From positions 2,595,689-2,659,688 of the forward strand of contig OZ251997.1 of assembly GCA_965247095.1 (NCBI GenBank): a stretch of DNA of 64,000 bases, given 5' to 3'. The notes beneath the pieces were generated by a model. The model ran no database searches and was not told the DNA's origin. It saw only the letters and a list, made by a program, of their open reading frames with translations. Below are positions 61,993 to 64,000 of this stretch, piece by piece (positions within the stretch are counted from its first letter, which is position 1; each line of letters begins with the position of its first letter). A program made the position numbers and the translations under genes. The stretch comes from Candidatus Multivorans sp. (GTDB lineage: Bacteria > Acidobacteriota > Thermoanaerobaculia > Multivoradales > Multivoraceae).

Positions 61993-63539
61993 TGAGACTC
62001 GGCGACGCGATCGCCGACCTGCCGCTGCGGTCACCGCTGGGCCTTGCCGCCGCCGAGACGGAAGTCATGGGCGTTCAGCACGACTCCCGCCGGGTTGTGA
62101 GCGGCGATCTGTTCGTCGCCTGGCGAGGCGACCTCCACGACGGTCGTGTCTTCGCTCCGGACGCGGTGGCGCGCGGCGCCGCGGCGGTACTGGCCTTCGG
62201 CCCGCCGCCGGCCCCGCCGACCGTACCGTGGCTGGAGGTCGATGATCCCCGTGCCCGCATGGGGCGGGTGGCCGCGAGGCTCTACGGCCACCCGGAACGG
62301 GAACTTGTGACCGTCGGCGTCACCGGCACCAACGGCAAGAGCACGACGTCCCAGTTGATCGGCGCCTGTCTGACCCGGTCGGGTCGTTCCGCCGCAGTGG
62401 TCGGAACCCTCGGCCGCACGGTCCATCGGCCGGGTTCCGCGCCGGCGGCCTTCGAGCCCCTGAGCCGGGCGGCGGAGGACCGCACCACGCCGGAGAGCAG
62501 TGACCTGTTCCGGATGTTGCGCCGGGCCGTGGACCTGGGCGCGCGGTCGGCGGCGATCGAGGTCTCGTCCCACGCCCTCGACCAGGGTCGCATGAACGGC
62601 ATGAGGTTCGACGCCGCGGTGTTCACGAACCTGACCAGAGACCATCTCGATTACCACCCGTCGTTCGAGGCCTACTTTGCGGCCAAGCGCCGCCTGTTCT
62701 CCCTGCTCCGGCTCGAGGGCGCGGCGGTGCTCAACGTCGACGACGAGTACGGCCGTCGTCTGGCGTCGGAGCTCCAGGACAGCGGCAGGGTCGTGCGGTT
62801 CAGCGCCTCCGGACGCCGGGACGCCGAGGTGCGAGTGGTCCGCGCCGACCTCGATCTTGCCGGGATTCGCGCCGAGATCGAGACGCCCGCGGGCCTCATC
62901 GCCCTGAACAGCCCACTTCTCGGCCGGTTCAACCTCGAGAACCTGGCCGCGGCCGTGGCCGCGGCCGGGGCCCTCGGCGTCTCCGCCGAAGCCATTCGCG
63001 ACGCGGTAGCCGACCAGCCGCCGCTCTCCGGCCGGCTGGAGCCGGTGGAGCGTGGTCAGGAGTTTCCCGTTCTCGTCGACTACGCCCACACGGACGGGGG
63101 TCTGCGCGCGGCCCTGGCGGCGGTGCGCGAACTGAGCGACCGGCGCATTGCCGTCGTGTTCGGCTGCGGCGGCGACCGCGACCGCGGCAAGCGGGAGCTG
63201 ATGGGACGCGCGGCGGGAGAACTCGCGGATCTCGCGATCGTCACCGACGACAACCCGCGGAGCGAGGAACCGGCGCTTATTCATGCCGCGATCGTGGCTG
63301 GTCTCGAGGCGGCTCGGGGTTGTGCCTGGGAAGTCGTCGCGGGCCGGCGCGAGGCGATTCGGCGGGCCGTCTCGGTGGCGGCGGCGGCGCCGGGGTGGAC
63401 GGTCCTGGTTGCCGGCAAGGGCCACGAGGCGACGCAAACGATCGGTGCCCTCAAGGTGCCCTTTCGTGACCGCGATGAGTTGGAGTCGGCCCTGAACGCA
63501 CTGAACGGGGAGCTCGAGGGTGAGACGACCCCTTGCTGA
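61992..63539 (+). CDS. murE: UDP-N-acetylmuramoyl-L-alanyl-D-glutamate--2,6-diaminopimelate ligase MurE
   Basis: Contains GVTGTNGKSTT and VTDDNPRSEEP. The ATG overlaps the ftsI stop (TGATG). Confidence 0.9.
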   Translation: MRLGDAIADLPLRSPLGLAAAETEVMGVQHDSRRVVSGDLFVAWRGDLHDGRVFAPDAVARGAAAVLAFGPPPAPPTVPWLEVDDPRARMGRVAARLYGHPERELVTVGVTGTNGKSTTSQLIGACLTRSGRSAAVVGTLGRTVHRPGSAPAAFEPLSRAAEDRTTPESSDLFRMLRRAVDLGARSAAIEVSSHALDQGRMNGMRFDAAVFTNLTRDHLDYHPSFEAYFAAKRRLFSLLRLEGAAVLNVDDEYGRRLASELQDSGRVVRFSASGRRDAEVRVVRADLDLAGIRAEIETPAGLIALNSPLLGRFNLENLAAAVAAAGALGVSAEAIRDAVADQPPLSGRLEPVERGQEFPVLVDYAHTDGGLRAALAAVRELSDRRIAVVFGCGGDRDRGKRELMGRAAGELADLAIVTDDNPRSEEPALIHAAIVAGLEAARGCAWEVVAGRREAIRRAVSVAAAAPGWTVLVAGKGHEATQTIGALKVPFRDRDELESALNALNGELEGETTPC

Positions 63540-64000
63540 TGCGGCCAGGATCATGAACGGCTGCCTGATCGGAGAGGTTGACCCCGGCGCCTGTTACCAG
63601 GGCGGGGCGATCGACTCGCGCCGGATCGAGGGCGGCGAACTGTTCTTCGCGCTGCCCGGTGAGCGGACCGACGGCCATCGCTTCGTGGCCGACGCCCTGG
63701 CCGCGGGCGCAGCGGCCTCGGTGGTGGCGGTGCCGGTCGACCGGGCGGGGGGCCCCCAGATCCGGGTCGACGACGTGACGACTGCGCTCCACGATCTGAC
63801 CCGAGACCATCGCCGGCAGCTCAAGGCCCGGGTCGCGTCGGTCACCGGCTCGGCCGGCAAGACGACGACCAAGGATCTGCTGGCCCTGCTGCTCGGCGAA
63901 TGCTGGCGGGTTCACAAGAGTCCGGGCAATCTGAACAACCTTCTCGGCTTCCCGCTCACGCTGCTTGCCGTAGACGAGGACTGCGAGTGGTTGGTGGCTG
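63520..64000 (+). CDS. murF: UDP-N-acetylmuramoyl-tripeptide--D-alanyl-D-alanine ligase MurF, N-terminal part (runs off the right edge)
   Basis: The GTG at 63520 reads RRPLADAARIMNGCLIG...IDSRRIEGGELFFALPGERTDGHRF...VTGSAGKTTTKDLL. It is absent from the ORF track because there is no stop in the window. Confidence 0.8.
   Translation, partial: MRRPLADAARIMNGCLIGEVDPGACYQGGAIDSRRIEGGELFFALPGERTDGHRFVADALAAGAAASVVAVPVDRAGGPQIRVDDVTTALHDLTRDHRRQLKARVASVTGSAGKTTTKDLLALLLGECWRVHKSPGNLNNLLGFPLTLLAVDEDCEWLVA

Overview
High-GC bacterial chromosomal window; G+C is roughly two-thirds by eye and was not computed, and the taxon cannot be assigned from sequence alone. The ORF track contains many long Arg/Pro/Gly-rich shadow ORFs antisense to real genes, and I ignored these.

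Core genes:
- The right third carries ftsB, mfd, two SurA/parvulin-type PPIases and the start of the dcw cluster (mraZ-rsmH-ftsL-ftsI-murE-murF; murF runs off the edge).
- Further left are an Fe/solute-type ABC transporter, an MFS transporter, three Cys-type sulfatases and a PBP/multihaem-cytochrome-TPR/CRTAC1 operon.
- Also present are a ThuA-like/cytochrome-c-PA14/beta-propeller operon, TraB, an aldo-keto reductase and a proline-racemase-family gene.

Accessory content:
- Four mobile elements: IS3, IS630, IS21 with a 7-bp target duplication, and an unassigned rve-type element.
- A tRNA-fMet followed by tRNA-derived tandem repeats.
- A REP-like hairpin family and a 144-bp tandem repeat.
- Two complete and two orphan toxin-antitoxin loci.
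- Several mosaic gene remnants: amidohydrolase, DUF885, DctQ/ASPIC, M28/AKR and a Na-solute symporter.

Most interesting region: the visibly lower-GC segment 1.5-7.4 kb on the minus strand, bordered by the IS3.
- It encodes a 776-aa DGQHR (DndB/ParB-like) protein with a C-terminal R-x4-H (HEPN-like) motif.
- A possible coupled 66-aa ORF follows, then a B12-domain-type radical SAM enzyme and a GHKL ATPase.
- An AAA+/PD-(D/E)xK protein lies next door.
- None of the canonical Dnd or Dpd partner genes is present, and I do not recognise this gene combination as a described defence or modification system.
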